Below are positions 13,384 through 24,270 of a stretch of 64,000 bases of DNA, piece by piece; positions within the stretch are counted from its first letter, which is position 1, and each line of letters starts with the position of its first letter. Below the pieces are notes generated by a model. The model saw only the letters and a list, made by a program, of their open reading frames with translations, was not told the DNA's origin and did not search any database. This DNA is from an uncultured Syntrophobacteraceae bacterium (lineage in GTDB: Bacteria; Desulfobacterota; Syntrophobacteria; Syntrophobacterales; Syntrophobacteraceae). Both the position numbers and the translations under genes were made by a program. The DNA lies in assembly GCA_964623165.1 (NCBI GenBank), contig CAZURN010000001.1, positions 134-64,133 on the forward strand, given 5' to 3'.

Positions 13384-15022
13384 TGGTGCCTCGCGAATCA
13401 CAAGTTTCATACCTGGGGAGAGGCTTAAATTGCCACTGGATCTCTCCTTGTGAATCGAGGTGGACTTGCAGGTGGCCCGTCCAGGCTGGGTCGTCCTGTT
13501 CGGGGAAGTCTTCGCGGAAATGTGCGCCGCGGCTCTCGCGCCGTTTCCGGGCAGCCTCGAGAACGAGGCGTGCCGCGCGCAGAGCCATGCGCAGCCGAAG
13601 ACTCTGCAGTAACCTCTCATCCGTGGCCGCCTCCCGGCAGCCCCGGTTGTCCTGTTCCAGTTCGCCCACCACAGACAGCGCCTGTGCCAGTCCATCTGCG
13701 CTTCTGAGTATTCCTCCATACTCCCACATGATTTGTCGAAGCCTCCGGTGGTGATCGACCTTGCTCGCACCTCGCAGCCTGCGGCCTGATCCCCCGGAAT
13801 TCCGGTGGAGATGTTCCCTTGCTGCCTTGCAGTCACTGAACTCACTCCCCTCAACCCAATCTGCCGCCCCTTCACCCGCCCTGGCACCAAACACCAATGT
13901 CTCTGACAAGGCATTGCCTCCCATGCGGTTTGCTCCGTGAAGACCTCCTGCGACCTCGCCGGCCGCAAAGAGCCCGGGCACTGAGGTTGCCCCCTGGGGG
14001 TCGATCATGACGCCCCCCATGATGTGGTGAGCCATGGGTGCAACACGCACGGGCCTCCGTGACGCGCCATAACGGTCTCCCAGCAGTCCGACAGTGGACG
14101 CGGAAAAGGGATCGATCCTCCACTCCCTTGGGGAAAGCCCCCGCAGATCCAGCAGCACCGTTTCCCCATTGCGATGGATCTCCGTGAACAGTGCTCTGGA
14201 GAGCCGGTCGCGCGCCCGCTCAGCCGCAGGCCTCTCCGTGATTCCGTACTTCTCCATGATGTCTTCTCCACGGCTGTTGACCAGCTTCCCGCGATCAGCC
14301 AGTCGAGGTGGAATAAGGAATGGCGGAAGACCGGACTCGGCAAGCCCCAGGGGATAGAACTGCACAAACTCCATGTCCTGAAGCACCGCCCCAGCATCAA
14401 GAGCCAGGACATACCCTTCACCAACTATTCCCCTAGGGTTGTCGCTCCTGAGGAAGAGCGCTCCTGCGCCGCCCATGGCAAGCACAGCCGCTCTCGAAGT
14501 GATCTCGACGAACCTCCCGCTCTTGCCCTCCCAAGCCACTACCGCAGTGCATCCGTCCGAGACTTTCATGTCACAGACCGCAAATTCCCCGAGGAACTGA
14601 GTTCCCAGCGCCATATTCATCCCCAGCAGGCAGCGGGTGATCTCCTCACCCCACACGGGCGGCCGCCCCTGTGCATAGAGGTACCCCTCCTGAAACTCCC
14701 CTTTCATTCCCCATTGTACAAGCTCCCGAAGTCTCATGGGGGCCTCTTCGACGAGGACCCTCACAAGTTCCACATCATTGAGCCCACGGCCAGCCATCAG
14801 GGTCCGCTCCAAGTGCGACTCCCGTGAAGCTGCTAGGGGAGTGCCCGCCATGACCCCACCACTGAAGACCGTGCAAGTGGCCTTTCCGGGTTTCCCCTTC
14901 GAAAGAGCACACACCCTGAGTCCCCGCCTCCTGGCTTCCAGTGCGGCCCTCAGTCCTGCCGCCCCTGTTCCGAGCACGAGCACATCAAAGGAGAGTCTTT
15001 CAACAGTCAATCCATTTCTCAT
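13376..15022 (-). CDS. FAD-binding flavoprotein of the L-aspartate oxidase / fumarate reductase family (NadB-like)
   Basis: Dinucleotide fold DVLVLGTGAAGLRAAL, HGANRMGGNALSETLVFG, and C-terminal ESRGAHFREDFP. I cannot separate NadB from other family members by eye. Confidence 0.8.
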   Translation of the reverse strand: MRNGLTVERLSFDVLVLGTGAAGLRAALEARRRGLRVCALSKGKPGKATCTVFSGGVMAGTPLAASRESHLERTLMAGRGLNDVELVRVLVEEAPMRLRELVQWGMKGEFQEGYLYAQGRPPVWGEEITRCLLGMNMALGTQFLGEFAVCDMKVSDGCTAVVAWEGKSGRFVEITSRAAVLAMGGAGALFLRSDNPRGIVGEGYVLALDAGAVLQDMEFVQFYPLGLAESGLPPFLIPPRLADRGKLVNSRGEDIMEKYGITERPAAERARDRLSRALFTEIHRNGETVLLDLRGLSPREWRIDPFSASTVGLLGDRYGASRRPVRVAPMAHHIMGGVMIDPQGATSVPGLFAAGEVAGGLHGANRMGGNALSETLVFGARAGEGAADWVEGSEFSDCKAAREHLHRNSGGSGRRLRGASKVDHHRRLRQIMWEYGGILRSADGLAQALSVVGELEQDNRGCREAATDERLLQSLRLRMALRAARLVLEAARKRRESRGAHFREDFPEQDDPAWTGHLQVHLDSQGEIQWQFKPLPRYETCDSRGTND

Positions 15023-15263
15023 TGACCCTCACCCAATTCCCGATGTCCAGCTCCAAACCGGGTTGTTCGATTTGCGCACAACCAGAATGTCCTTCCGTCT
15101 CGAGATCGCTCAGTTCCGCGGATGTAAATATTTCCTCAAAGCCGATCTTGAAGTATATGATTCTTGCGCATAACCTGCTGGCAAAAATGGAGATTCAGCA
15201 TATGGCACAGCCAATACGGCTTTTCCGATAAAGCAGGTCCACCTGATCAGTAAAGGAGATTCC

Positions 15264-16181
15264 ATGGCAAGTCTGCTGCTTTGGTTTATGGAAACCCGAC
15301 CTCAATTCCTTTCTCTCTCCGTTGTGCTTACATTTCTTGGAACCACCATTGCCTGGTACCATGGATCCTTCAATCTCGGATATGCTCTCACTGCAGGTTT
15401 GGGACTGTTGCTGACTCACGGCAGTGTCAACGCGATAAATGACTATTTTGATTACAAGAGCGGAATCGACCTAAACGTGCAGAGGACCCCCTTCTGCGGG
15501 GGAAGCGGGCTCGTCCCCGATGGGAAACTCCCCCTGAGACACGCTCTCTGGGTTGGCATCGTCACCTCGCTGGCAGCCGTGATGATTGGCGTTTTCTTTG
15601 TCATCGTGAAGGGTTGGCAGTTGATACCGCTCTTGATTGCAGCGGCTCTTTGCATGGTTCTTTACACGCCGGTCATATTACGAACGCTCTGGCCCGAGTG
15701 GTCACCGGGGTTGGGGCTGGGCATATTGCCCATATTGGGCTTCTATTTCGTTCAGACGGGCAAATACGATTGGGTGGTCCTGATCGCCTCCGTACCCAGT
15801 GGCATCCTGGTGCACAATCTTCTCCTGTTGAACGAGTTTCCCGATGTGGAAGCAGACAGGATAGGGGGAAGGAAGACGACCCCCGTTGTATTCGGCATGG
15901 AAGCTGCCGGGAAATTCTTCAGGATCGCCACGATCTCTGTTTACATATGGATTGTCGGGTGTGTCCTCGCCACTTTCATAACCGGCAGTATGGTCATGCC
16001 AGTCTACTGTCTGATCGCTCTATCGACTTTCCCTCTGGCCACAAGAGCCATGAAGGGATCGAAGGAATACAACGACAGGAGCAAACTGGTCCCTGCTCTG
16101 GGCAGCAATGTTATGTTCATCCTGGCGACTCAGGTTCTGCTGGCCGTCGGATACATACTGGACAAGGCAATTCCCATATGA
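15264..16181 (+). CDS. UbiA-family prenyltransferase, MenA-like (1,4-dihydroxy-2-naphthoate polyprenyltransferase type)
   Basis: Multi-TM protein with NAINDYFDYKSGID and the second Asp-rich motif NEFPDVEADRIGG. Confidence 0.8.
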   Translation: MASLLLWFMETRPQFLSLSVVLTFLGTTIAWYHGSFNLGYALTAGLGLLLTHGSVNAINDYFDYKSGIDLNVQRTPFCGGSGLVPDGKLPLRHALWVGIVTSLAAVMIGVFFVIVKGWQLIPLLIAAALCMVLYTPVILRTLWPEWSPGLGLGILPILGFYFVQTGKYDWVVLIASVPSGILVHNLLLLNEFPDVEADRIGGRKTTPVVFGMEAAGKFFRIATISVYIWIVGCVLATFITGSMVMPVYCLIALSTFPLATRAMKGSKEYNDRSKLVPALGSNVMFILATQVLLAVGYILDKAIPI

Positions 16182-16375
16182 TGCACGGCGCCTCGACATG
16201 ACACCCCACGTGATCGGGCGGGTCATTTCCGGGGACCGAGTTCTTCTCCGGACTGTCTTCTCGAGGACCATTGTTGATCGCGTCTGGCGTGGCGAATTGA
16301 GCGATTCCGTCTCCCTCTCCTCGACCATGGGCAGGTGAACTCGCGCTCGCCTCGACAAAGAGCACTTGGCCCCGG

Positions 16376-19300
16376 TCAGTCGAGAGCGCGGTAGATGGCG
16401 CTGCGCAGATTCGCCATGGTGTATGGCTTTTGAATGAATCCTGTGAGTCCCCTTCCTGCAAAACGCTGTGTCACGTCCTGTTCATTGTAGCCGCTGGACA
16501 GGATCACTGGTATGTCGCTCCGCAACTTGCGTAACTCCCGAAATGTCTCTTCTCCACCCATCTCGGGCATCATGAGGTCAAGGATCACGCAAGTGATTTC
16601 AGATCCATGTGTTCGGAAAACCTCAAGCCCCTCGAGCCCATTGTTCGCGGTCAGAACCCGACAGCCCAGCTTTACCAGCATTGCCGATGCCACTTTGCGG
16701 ACATCTGGGTCGTCCTCAACCAGGAGGATGATGCCTCCGCTCTTCAGCGGCTCATTCTCCCCGTCCGTCTTCCCCCTCTCGCCCGGCTCCCATTCCACGG
16801 CTGGCAGAAGGATCTTGAAGGTCGTCCCTCTGCCCACTTCACTATAGACCTTGATCGCCCCCTTATGACCTCGGACGATGCCAAGCACCGCTGCCAGGCC
16901 CAGTCCACGCCCAGTGAACTTCGTGGTGAAGAAGGGATCAAAGATCCTCCTCCTGGCGTCGGCGTCCATCCCGCATCCCGTATCCGATACTTCGAGGAAG
17001 ATGTATGCTCCTCCGGGCAGCCTGTCGTCCAAATAGCTTTCGGACAAATAGGTCTCATCGCACTCCATGAGTCCGGTTGCGACGGTGATGACGCCCCTTT
17101 CCTCGCCCAGAGCCTCGGAGGCGTTGGTGATCAGGTTCATGATCACCTGTCGAATCTGGGTCGCGTCCGCTTCCACAGCCGGAAGGCCTTCGGCGAGAGA
17201 ATAGCGCATCATCGCCTTCTTGGAGATCGACACATCCAGCATTTGCCCCATCTCACGGACGATCTCCGAGATGTCATACCGGCTGACAACGAAGCGACCC
17301 TTGCCCGAATAGGCAAGCATCTGCCGACACAGATCTGCAGCACGCTGCGAAGCTCGCACGATCTCCTCGATGTGATTTGCCGCGGGGGACACAGGGGAGA
17401 GCGCGAGTTGTGCCAGGTCCGCATTTCCGAGGATAGCCATGAGCAGGTTGTTGAAGTCGTGGGCGATCCCTCCCGCAAGCACGCCCAGGCTCTCGAGCTT
17501 CTGGACTTCACGCATCTGATTCTCGAGCTTGCGGTGTTCCTCCTCTGCACGCTTGCGGTCAGTGATGTCACGTATAATGCCAACGTCTGCAACCCTTCCA
17601 CGATACTGAATGACGCTCCCTGAAATCTCTGCCTCGAGAATGGTGCCATCCTTGCGAATCAATTTGGCTTCATAAAGCTGAGGGACATTCTTTCCCTCCA
17701 AACGCTCCTTGACACGTTCCGCGATCATTGCGCGGCTCTCAGGTGCCACATACTTCAGATATGGTGTGTTCTCCATTTCTCCAGGCGCATATCCCAAGAT
17801 GTCCCCCAATGACTGATTCGCAAACTGGAGCTCCTCATCCTGTATAATGAGGACTCCGTCTTTCGCTTGTCGTACCACGGCAGAATATCTTGCCTCAGAC
17901 TCGAGTAGCGCCTCTTCAGCCCTCTTCCGCTCGGTGATGTCTTGCAGATGCACAAGATAACCGGTGACAGAACTTTTCGTCATATCTCTCAAGGGGGTGA
18001 TCAGAGCGTCGAGGTAAATGGTCCCGCTTTTAGACGTTTCATACAACCTGAGTGCCTTTACCCTCTCAAAATCAAAAGGGGTCTCGTAGCGCACGTTCTC
18101 ACCCCTGCGTAGCTGAGCCTTGAGTTCCTCGCTCAGGTTGGGGTCTTCAAAGAGCTTGAACCCTTTGACTGCCGCCCTGTCGGAAACGCCGAATATGTCG
18201 AGGCAGGCTGCATTGGCATCCAATAACGTCCCTTCCCGGTCATAGAGCTCAATCCCGATGGGCGACTCCTCATAGATGCCTCTGAATTTCTCTTCACTCT
18301 CCCGGAGTGCCTCCTCCGCCCTCTTTCGCTCAGTGATGTCCTGAACTGTGCCCAGCATGGCAACGAGCTCCCCGTTCTCATCATATTTGCCCTGGAAGCT
18401 CGACATGTAGTATCCGACACTATTGTCCGGTCGAAGGAACCGCTGCTCATAGGTTCCCCTCTCATGGGATTCTATTGCCTTCCGGATCAGTTCCTTATCG
18501 CGGCGGTGGTCCTCGGGCCACGGTGACAACGCCATGATTGAGTCAATCTGGGGAGTGAATGAATTCGGATCAAGCTGGAATATTCTGTATACCTCCTCCG
18601 ACCACTTCACATGGCCTGTTCTCACGTCCCATGACCATTGGCCCATCTGGGCGATTCTCTGAGCTTCGCTCAGTCTTCTCTCGCTCTCGCGGAGTGCTTC
18701 CTCCGTCCGCTTGTTCTCGGCGATGAAACGTGCTTGCTGGATGTTCTGATACGCCAGAGTTGAAAGCTGATTGGCCAAGGCAAAAAGGGAGTGCGCGATT
18801 TGCTCAAACGTCTTCTGCTGCATGACGGGAACTCTGAGGAAGGCTTCCAGGAACGCGGCCTCGTCAGTGCCGATCACGCGGGCGTATTCTTTGATCCGCT
18901 CCTCGCTTTGCGCTTCGTTCCGAACCTGGCCGATCAACCAGCTGGCGATGTGGCGTCCTCCCACAGTGATGCTGGCTCCCGCACCCCACAAACCGGCACT
19001 CAAACACTGTTGAATGATCGGTCCGGACGGATTGTGCCGTCCAAGCGTCGCATCGGATCTCTTGCAGTTGCTGTATCCCTTTTCGTTCTTGCGAATGAAT
19101 TCACTGCAGAAATACGTAAAGTTGCTCGGCCTGGTGATGGGCGTGCCGTCCGGACCGGTGATGATAGCAGCAACGCCCCAAACATCCGCGAACAGGTCCT
19201 GGGTGCGCTGAAGGTCGTGCAGGTTGAACAGCTCCTCGAAGGCAATGCTTTCGACGGCGTCCAGGGGGTGAGTCAACGCCACGATGCGCCTTTCAAGCGC

Positions 19301-20752
19301 TTCTTCCGCCCGTTTGCGCTCGCTGATGTCGACTGCGATGCCTCCGAGCAGAGTGGGAACCCCCTCACCCTCAATGGGGAATTTGTAAGTATCGAAGAAG
19401 CGTTCTGCTCCATGAACGTCGGTAATGCGTTCCTGAGTGACCAACGGTCCCTCAGTCAAGGCTTTCAGGTCATCTGCAATCATCAGCTTGGCGACTTCCT
19501 GAGGCACCAGTTCCTCAGTGGTTTTCCCGACGCATTCCTGCCATCCCAACAAATCCTTGAGGTACGGGTTGGCAAACAAGAGTCGCCCTGCCTGGTCTTT
19601 AATGAATACAGCGGCCGGCAAATGCTCCATGAACACTGAGAAGCGTTTCTCGCTCTCCGCCAGCGCCGATTCCGCCTTCTTTCGTTCTGTGATGTCGCGA
19701 CAGGCGGCAAAGACCAACTGTTTCCCCGCTGTTTCAAACAAGCGGGCGGATATCTCCACTGGAACCAATGTTCCATCCCGCTTCCGATGAACCGTCTCAA
19801 ACAGATGATGCCCCTGCGTCTGCAAGATCCTGATTCGCTCGGGCAACAATGCGGCTTGATCTGCAGTGTCGACGTCCACGACGCCCATCTTCAGAAATTC
19901 TTCATGAGTATAGTTCAACCGTTCACAGGCTTCTCGGTTTACCATCAGGATACGGCCTTCAAGATCAAGGATGAAAACCGCATCGTTGGCAAACTCGAAA
20001 AAGGCTCGGAACTTCTCCTCCCTCTTGCGTAGCGATTGCTCCTTCTGATGTCGCTCCACAATCTCTCCAATGACTCGCGCCGCAGAGAGAATGTGTTTCT
20101 TTGCCGTTTCAATGATGAAAGGGGGACGCATGTTGCGGGCTTCCGCCTGCTGGCGAAGATCGCCCGCGCTGACGCCGTAGATGGTCGCCACTTCATTCAG
20201 TATTGCCGGATCGCGGGGCGGATCCCCGTAACCGACGCTGATGCCGCCAACCACTCCCTTGCTCGTGCAAATGGGGGCGGCAAACACCCGGATCCCTCCG
20301 CGACACGGCACATCCACAGGCGCCTTGGTCTCGATTGAACGGAGCGTCGCCTCTTTCCAGCACGATTCATGACAGTGCCATTCGCCGGATTCCAAGGCCT
20401 TTTGATTATCCGGCGTGTCGCATCGCCTCCTCGATGCTTCGTCCATGAACCGGCACCAATTGGAAGAGAAAATGCTGAACGCAAGGCTGCCGTCCTTCTC
20501 ATAGACCGAACAGGAGCCATCGAGCAGGTCCACAGCACCCTTGACAATCTCGGCTAGAAGGGGCATCCCCACTGAATCGAGAATCAACCGGGAGGTATTC
20601 AGAGAGGTCAGATCGCCATACGAGGGAGCCTGTCGTTCGATTCCGCCCTGCTGATCGGTATCCCCTGGCAGTTTGCCGGTCAGCATCCACTTGATGCACT
20701 CAAATGTCTCTTCGTTGCCCATGTGACCCCGACCGAGCCATTTGCCAACCAT
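16376..20752 (-). CDS. Hybrid sensor histidine kinase: PocR-like, PAS, PAS, PocR-like, PAS x3, HisKA, HATPase, REC
   Basis: The PAS linker DITERKRAEEAL recurs. H-box is GGIAHDFNNLL, with an HATPase N/G-box (NLITNASEAL, DTGCGMD). C-terminal receiver has LVEDDPDV ... ILDLMMPEMGG. Two Cys-rich PocR-like segments are present (FCSEFIRKNEKGYSNCKRSD...CLSAGLWGAGASITVGGRHIASWLIGQ, and a looser N-terminal one). The start could instead be Met11. Confidence 0.9.
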   Translation of the reverse strand: MVGKWLGRGHMGNEETFECIKWMLTGKLPGDTDQQGGIERQAPSYGDLTSLNTSRLILDSVGMPLLAEIVKGAVDLLDGSCSVYEKDGSLAFSIFSSNWCRFMDEASRRRCDTPDNQKALESGEWHCHESCWKEATLRSIETKAPVDVPCRGGIRVFAAPICTSKGVVGGISVGYGDPPRDPAILNEVATIYGVSAGDLRQQAEARNMRPPFIIETAKKHILSAARVIGEIVERHQKEQSLRKREEKFRAFFEFANDAVFILDLEGRILMVNREACERLNYTHEEFLKMGVVDVDTADQAALLPERIRILQTQGHHLFETVHRKRDGTLVPVEISARLFETAGKQLVFAACRDITERKKAESALAESEKRFSVFMEHLPAAVFIKDQAGRLLFANPYLKDLLGWQECVGKTTEELVPQEVAKLMIADDLKALTEGPLVTQERITDVHGAERFFDTYKFPIEGEGVPTLLGGIAVDISERKRAEEALERRIVALTHPLDAVESIAFEELFNLHDLQRTQDLFADVWGVAAIITGPDGTPITRPSNFTYFCSEFIRKNEKGYSNCKRSDATLGRHNPSGPIIQQCLSAGLWGAGASITVGGRHIASWLIGQVRNEAQSEERIKEYARVIGTDEAAFLEAFLRVPVMQQKTFEQIAHSLFALANQLSTLAYQNIQQARFIAENKRTEEALRESERRLSEAQRIAQMGQWSWDVRTGHVKWSEEVYRIFQLDPNSFTPQIDSIMALSPWPEDHRRDKELIRKAIESHERGTYEQRFLRPDNSVGYYMSSFQGKYDENGELVAMLGTVQDITERKRAEEALRESEEKFRGIYEESPIGIELYDREGTLLDANAACLDIFGVSDRAAVKGFKLFEDPNLSEELKAQLRRGENVRYETPFDFERVKALRLYETSKSGTIYLDALITPLRDMTKSSVTGYLVHLQDITERKRAEEALLESEARYSAVVRQAKDGVLIIQDEELQFANQSLGDILGYAPGEMENTPYLKYVAPESRAMIAERVKERLEGKNVPQLYEAKLIRKDGTILEAEISGSVIQYRGRVADVGIIRDITDRKRAEEEHRKLENQMREVQKLESLGVLAGGIAHDFNNLLMAILGNADLAQLALSPVSPAANHIEEIVRASQRAADLCRQMLAYSGKGRFVVSRYDISEIVREMGQMLDVSISKKAMMRYSLAEGLPAVEADATQIRQVIMNLITNASEALGEERGVITVATGLMECDETYLSESYLDDRLPGGAYIFLEVSDTGCGMDADARRRIFDPFFTTKFTGRGLGLAAVLGIVRGHKGAIKVYSEVGRGTTFKILLPAVEWEPGERGKTDGENEPLKSGGIILLVEDDPDVRKVASAMLVKLGCRVLTANNGLEGLEVFRTHGSEITCVILDLMMPEMGGEETFRELRKLRSDIPVILSSGYNEQDVTQRFAGRGLTGFIQKPYTMANLRSAIYRALD

Positions 20753-21175
20753 CCCGGCCTCCTATGCCATGCCGTCCACCTGCCTTCGCGGTAATGCACA
20801 CACTCGTGCTGCTTTGCCCCAAGACCGAGCCTGAAGCCTCCGGTGACTTCGAGCGTCCACCAATCCGGCGTTGACTCGAGTCCCCTGTGCCCTTCGTCGG
20901 CTCAACTGAAATCGGAAATTTCATGAATTTCTACCAGGAGGATCTCAAGTGGCTTGGTCTTGATCCGCCAGCCCTCCACGGGGCACATTCTCGTGCCCGC
21001 ATGACAACTCCTGGCCCCCAGGACCCTTTGACACTTATTCTGGAGGCGCACTCCAGCCGCTCAACCGGAGGACCGCGCTCCTCCCTTTCAACCTGTCTCA
21101 GGTCATGGCGCCTGTCATGGCAGACTCTTCCGGGACGTTGACTCCCCTCGCCACCCAGCCGACAGCGTCACGTCG

Positions 21176-21688
21176 TTAGCCCTTCGCGTTGAAACCTTCA
21201 TGAAATAGGACGGTGCCGGAGGAATTACTGGCGTCGAACGGCAATGCAAGAACATACTGTGGTGGAACACCGTTGACAGCCAAGTACGAGATGCTCCTGA
21301 AGCCGAACCGTTGATAGTATCCCGGATCTCCCACGAGCACGCAGCCTTTCGCACCAAGTGCTCTCAGGGCTGACAAGCCCGCAAATACCAGAGCTTCTCC
21401 AATCCCCTGCCTCTGCAACTCAGGCAGGACGGATAGAGGACCGAGACCGAACCAATCGGGGCTGCCATCGGAAATGGTCACAGGCGAAAAAGCTATGTGC
21501 CCAACCACTCTGCCGTCAACTTCTGCCACAAGCGAAAGCACAAGCGCGTTCGCTTCCCTCAATGCCTCGATGATGAACTGTTCTGTATGGTTACTGATTG
21601 CAAGGGTCTCAAACGCCGCTCTTGTGACATCAGATATCACTTGGGTGTCGGACTGGACCTCTTTGCGGATGATAATGCCCGTGCTCAA
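21176..21688 (-). CDS. GNAT family N-acetyltransferase (YhbS/COG3153-like)
   Basis: LSLVAEVDGRVVGHIAFSPV, LPELQRQGIGEALV and GDPGYYQRFGF are characteristic of the YhbS-type family. Confidence 0.85.
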   Translation of the reverse strand: MSTGIIIRKEVQSDTQVISDVTRAAFETLAISNHTEQFIIEALREANALVLSLVAEVDGRVVGHIAFSPVTISDGSPDWFGLGPLSVLPELQRQGIGEALVFAGLSALRALGAKGCVLVGDPGYYQRFGFRSISYLAVNGVPPQYVLALPFDASNSSGTVLFHEGFNAKG

Positions 21689-21981
21689 GGGTCACCTCGG
21701 GTCTTGTGCGCTTGTTTTGTCTTCTTGCGAGCCTTGGGCGTCCGATCTGCCGATGGAGCGACGGAACCCCATCTGAACAATCGGCTGGAGGAAGGGGGTT
21801 CAGGTGTCCACTTGCGGCCGCGCTTCTGTTCATGCTCAGGTTTAGAAAAGTACTGCGCCGACCTGGTGGAGTCCCATTCCTGGAATACCGCAAGAATCTG
21901 TTCCAAAGACACAACACGGGATGACCTGGAATCACGCCGTGAGCACTGTTTGCCCCCAACACCAGGAACCATTCTGGACAC
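21685..21981 (-). CDS. Hypothetical small protein with a basic C-terminal tail (98 aa)
   Basis: Its stop overlaps the GNAT start in an ATGA arrangement, which suggests translational coupling. No recognisable motif, so it could be spurious. Confidence 0.25.
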   Translation of the reverse strand: MSRMVPGVGGKQCSRRDSRSSRVVSLEQILAVFQEWDSTRSAQYFSKPEHEQKRGRKWTPEPPSSSRLFRWGSVAPSADRTPKARKKTKQAHKTRGDP

Positions 21982-22024
21982 GTATACTTGGCCACGATCA
22001 TACGTGCACAGGGAAACGCTGTCA

Positions 22025-22355
22025 ATGACTCGTACGCCCCGGCTCCTCGACGAAGTTCAGGATCTGATGTGACTCCAGCACTACCCGATCCACAAGGAAA
22101 AGGCATATTGCCACTGGATCAAACGCTGCGTGCTCTTCCATGGAATGGCGCCATGTGACGACCTTCTGAACGGCGAGCGGTGAGGCGCCATCACATCGAA
22201 CCACAAGTATTGTGAAAATGGCGATCAAGGCATCAGCGCCCAGGGCCGGGATCACCAAGAGAATCAGGGCGGACGCGTCTTGTCACAGCTTCGCGACCCA
22301 TCTTCTTCAGCACGGAACGGATATTTGCACCATCCAGGAATTGCTTGGCCACTAA
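22025..22355 (+). pseudogene. Relic of an integron-integrase-like tyrosine recombinase (in-frame stop, large internal deletion, truncated end)
   Basis: The N-terminal piece reads MTRTPRLLDEVQDLM*LQHYPIHKEKAYCHWIKRCVLFHG, which fits the PRLLDQVR..HYS..TE.AY..WI.RFI.FH pattern. After a frame change it reads [36 protein letters not shown] (box II region, missing the RH of RHSFATH, stop before the catalytic Tyr). Only about 330 nt remain of an expected 1 kb or so. Confidence 0.65.
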
Positions 22356-22605
22356 GCTCCGACTCATCCTCAATGGCAGAGCATGTTCCCTGTCATCCCG
22401 GCCTTGCAGGTCCGCTCTCAGGCAGGCACGGGTTTGCCCTTGCCAATGCCCCGGACGATCAAGTAATTTGATTGACGTTCCCAGGAAGACCCTGCAGACA
22501 CCGTGTGCTGCGCGGGTCCGGCTCCCTCCGGGGCCGTTCATTTCAACCATCGCAGTTGACCGGCATCTGGCCCGGGATGCATGCACTTCCACGGAGGTCT
22601 TGGCA

Positions 22606-24270
22606 ATGAGAAGCGATCTCATGAAGAAAGGACCTGAAAAGGCTCCGCACCGATCCCTTTTCAAAGCAATGGGGTATACGCAGGAAGAACTGGACCGTCC
22701 CATCATCGGGGTGGCCAACTCAGCCAACGAGATCATCCCGGGGCACATCCATCTGGACAAGATCGCGGCCGCCGTCAAGGCGGGCATCCGGCACGCCGGG
22801 GGCACCCCCGTGGAGTTCAGCACCATCGGGGTCTGCGACGGCATAGCCATGAACCACCAGGGAATGCGCTATTCCCTTGCCAGCAGGGAGCTCATCGCCG
22901 ACTCCGTCGAGATCATGGCGATGGCCCACCCCTTCGACGGCCTGGTTCTCGTGCCCAACTGCGACAAGATCATTCCGGGCATGATCATGGCCGCCCTCAG
23001 GCTCAATATCCCGGCCATTGTGGTGAGCGGCGGTCCCATGCTTGCCGGACGGGCAGGAAGCAAGCCCGTGGACCTCATTTCCGTTTTCGAGGGAGTGGGT
23101 TCCCTCAAGGCCGGGACAATCACCCCCCAGGAACTGACTGAACTGGAGGAGAGCGCCTGCCCGGGCTGCGGTTCCTGCGCGGGGATGTTCACCGCCAATT
23201 CCATGAACTGCCTCACGGAGGCGCTGGGCCTCGGCCTGCCCGGGAACGGCACCATCCCGGCCGTCACCGCGGCCAGGATCCGACTGGCCAAGACGGCAGG
23301 CATGAAAATCATGGACCTCGTCCAGAGAAACATCCGACCCAGGGACATCGCGACCCAGGCCGCCTTCGAGAATGCCATGGCCGTGGACATGGCCCTTGGA
23401 TGCTCCACCAACACGGTCCTCCATGTGCCCGCCATTGCCCATGAGGCTGGGATCCACCTGAATCTGGACCTCTTCAACACGGTGAGTGCCCGCACACCGC
23501 ACCTCTGCAGCCTGCGACCCGGCGGCGCCCACTTCCTGGAAGACCTGAACGGGGCTGGAGGTGTTCAGGCCGTCATGAAGGAGCTTTCCGCACGCAACCT
23601 CATCCACCTGACCCCTCTCACAGCCACCGGCAGGACGGTGGGCGAGAACCTCGAGTCGGCTTCCGTCACGGACCGTAGTGTCATTCGATCCCTGGACAAC
23701 CCGTACCACTCCGAGGGAGGCATCGCCATTCTCTATGGAAATCTGGCTCCTGAGGGAGCCGTCGTGAAACAGTCGGCCGTCGCCCCGGAAATGCTGCGCC
23801 GTACGGGGAAAGCCCGGATTTTCGAGACCGAATCCTCGGCTGCTGAAGCCATCCTGGATGGCCTTATCCGCCCCGGAGATGTGGTGGTCATCCGGCATGA
23901 GGGACCCAAGGGCGGACCGGGAATGCAGGAGATGTTGACCCCAACGGCGGCCATCATGGGCATGGGGCTGGGGAAGGACGTGGCGCTCATCACCGACGGC
24001 CGTTTCAGCGGCGGGACCCAGGGTGCTGCCATCGGCCATGTGTCCCCGGAAGCAGCGGTTGGGGGCCCCATCGCCCTTGTGGAGGAAGGGGACGAAATCC
24101 TCGTGGACATCCCAGCCAAGAAGCTTGAGTTGCTCGTGGACGAAACAACCCTCGCCGCCCGTCGTCAGCGCTGGACTGCACCCGCCCCTCGTATCACAGA
24201 GGGGGTCATGGCCAGGTACGCTCACCTGGTCACTTCGGGATCCAGGGGGGCCATTCTCCAGTTGGGTTGA
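22606..24270 (+). CDS. ilvD: Dihydroxy-acid dehydratase
   Basis: [52 protein letters not shown] and [20 protein letters not shown] before the ATG at 22606. Confidence 0.95.
   Translation: MRSDLMKKGPEKAPHRSLFKAMGYTQEELDRPIIGVANSANEIIPGHIHLDKIAAAVKAGIRHAGGTPVEFSTIGVCDGIAMNHQGMRYSLASRELIADSVEIMAMAHPFDGLVLVPNCDKIIPGMIMAALRLNIPAIVVSGGPMLAGRAGSKPVDLISVFEGVGSLKAGTITPQELTELEESACPGCGSCAGMFTANSMNCLTEALGLGLPGNGTIPAVTAARIRLAKTAGMKIMDLVQRNIRPRDIATQAAFENAMAVDMALGCSTNTVLHVPAIAHEAGIHLNLDLFNTVSARTPHLCSLRPGGAHFLEDLNGAGGVQAVMKELSARNLIHLTPLTATGRTVGENLESASVTDRSVIRSLDNPYHSEGGIAILYGNLAPEGAVVKQSAVAPEMLRRTGKARIFETESSAAEAILDGLIRPGDVVVIRHEGPKGGPGMQEMLTPTAAIMGMGLGKDVALITDGRFSGGTQGAAIGHVSPEAAVGGPIALVEEGDEILVDIPAKKLELLVDETTLAARRQRWTAPAPRITEGVMARYAHLVTSGSRGAILQLG

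Noticed and set aside
20925-21175. attC-like site downstream of the GNAT gene next to the integrase relic
   Set aside because: There is a GTTGAGC candidate R' box and an imperfect partner (AGTCAAC), but no convincing L'/L'' pairing. This is too weak to call without a covariance-model search.
21176-21981. GNAT toxin with an upstream small antitoxin (TacT/AtaT-like TA pair)
   Set aside because: The GNAT matches the housekeeping YhbS/COG3153 pattern. The upstream ORF shows no RHH/DUF1778-like sequence.
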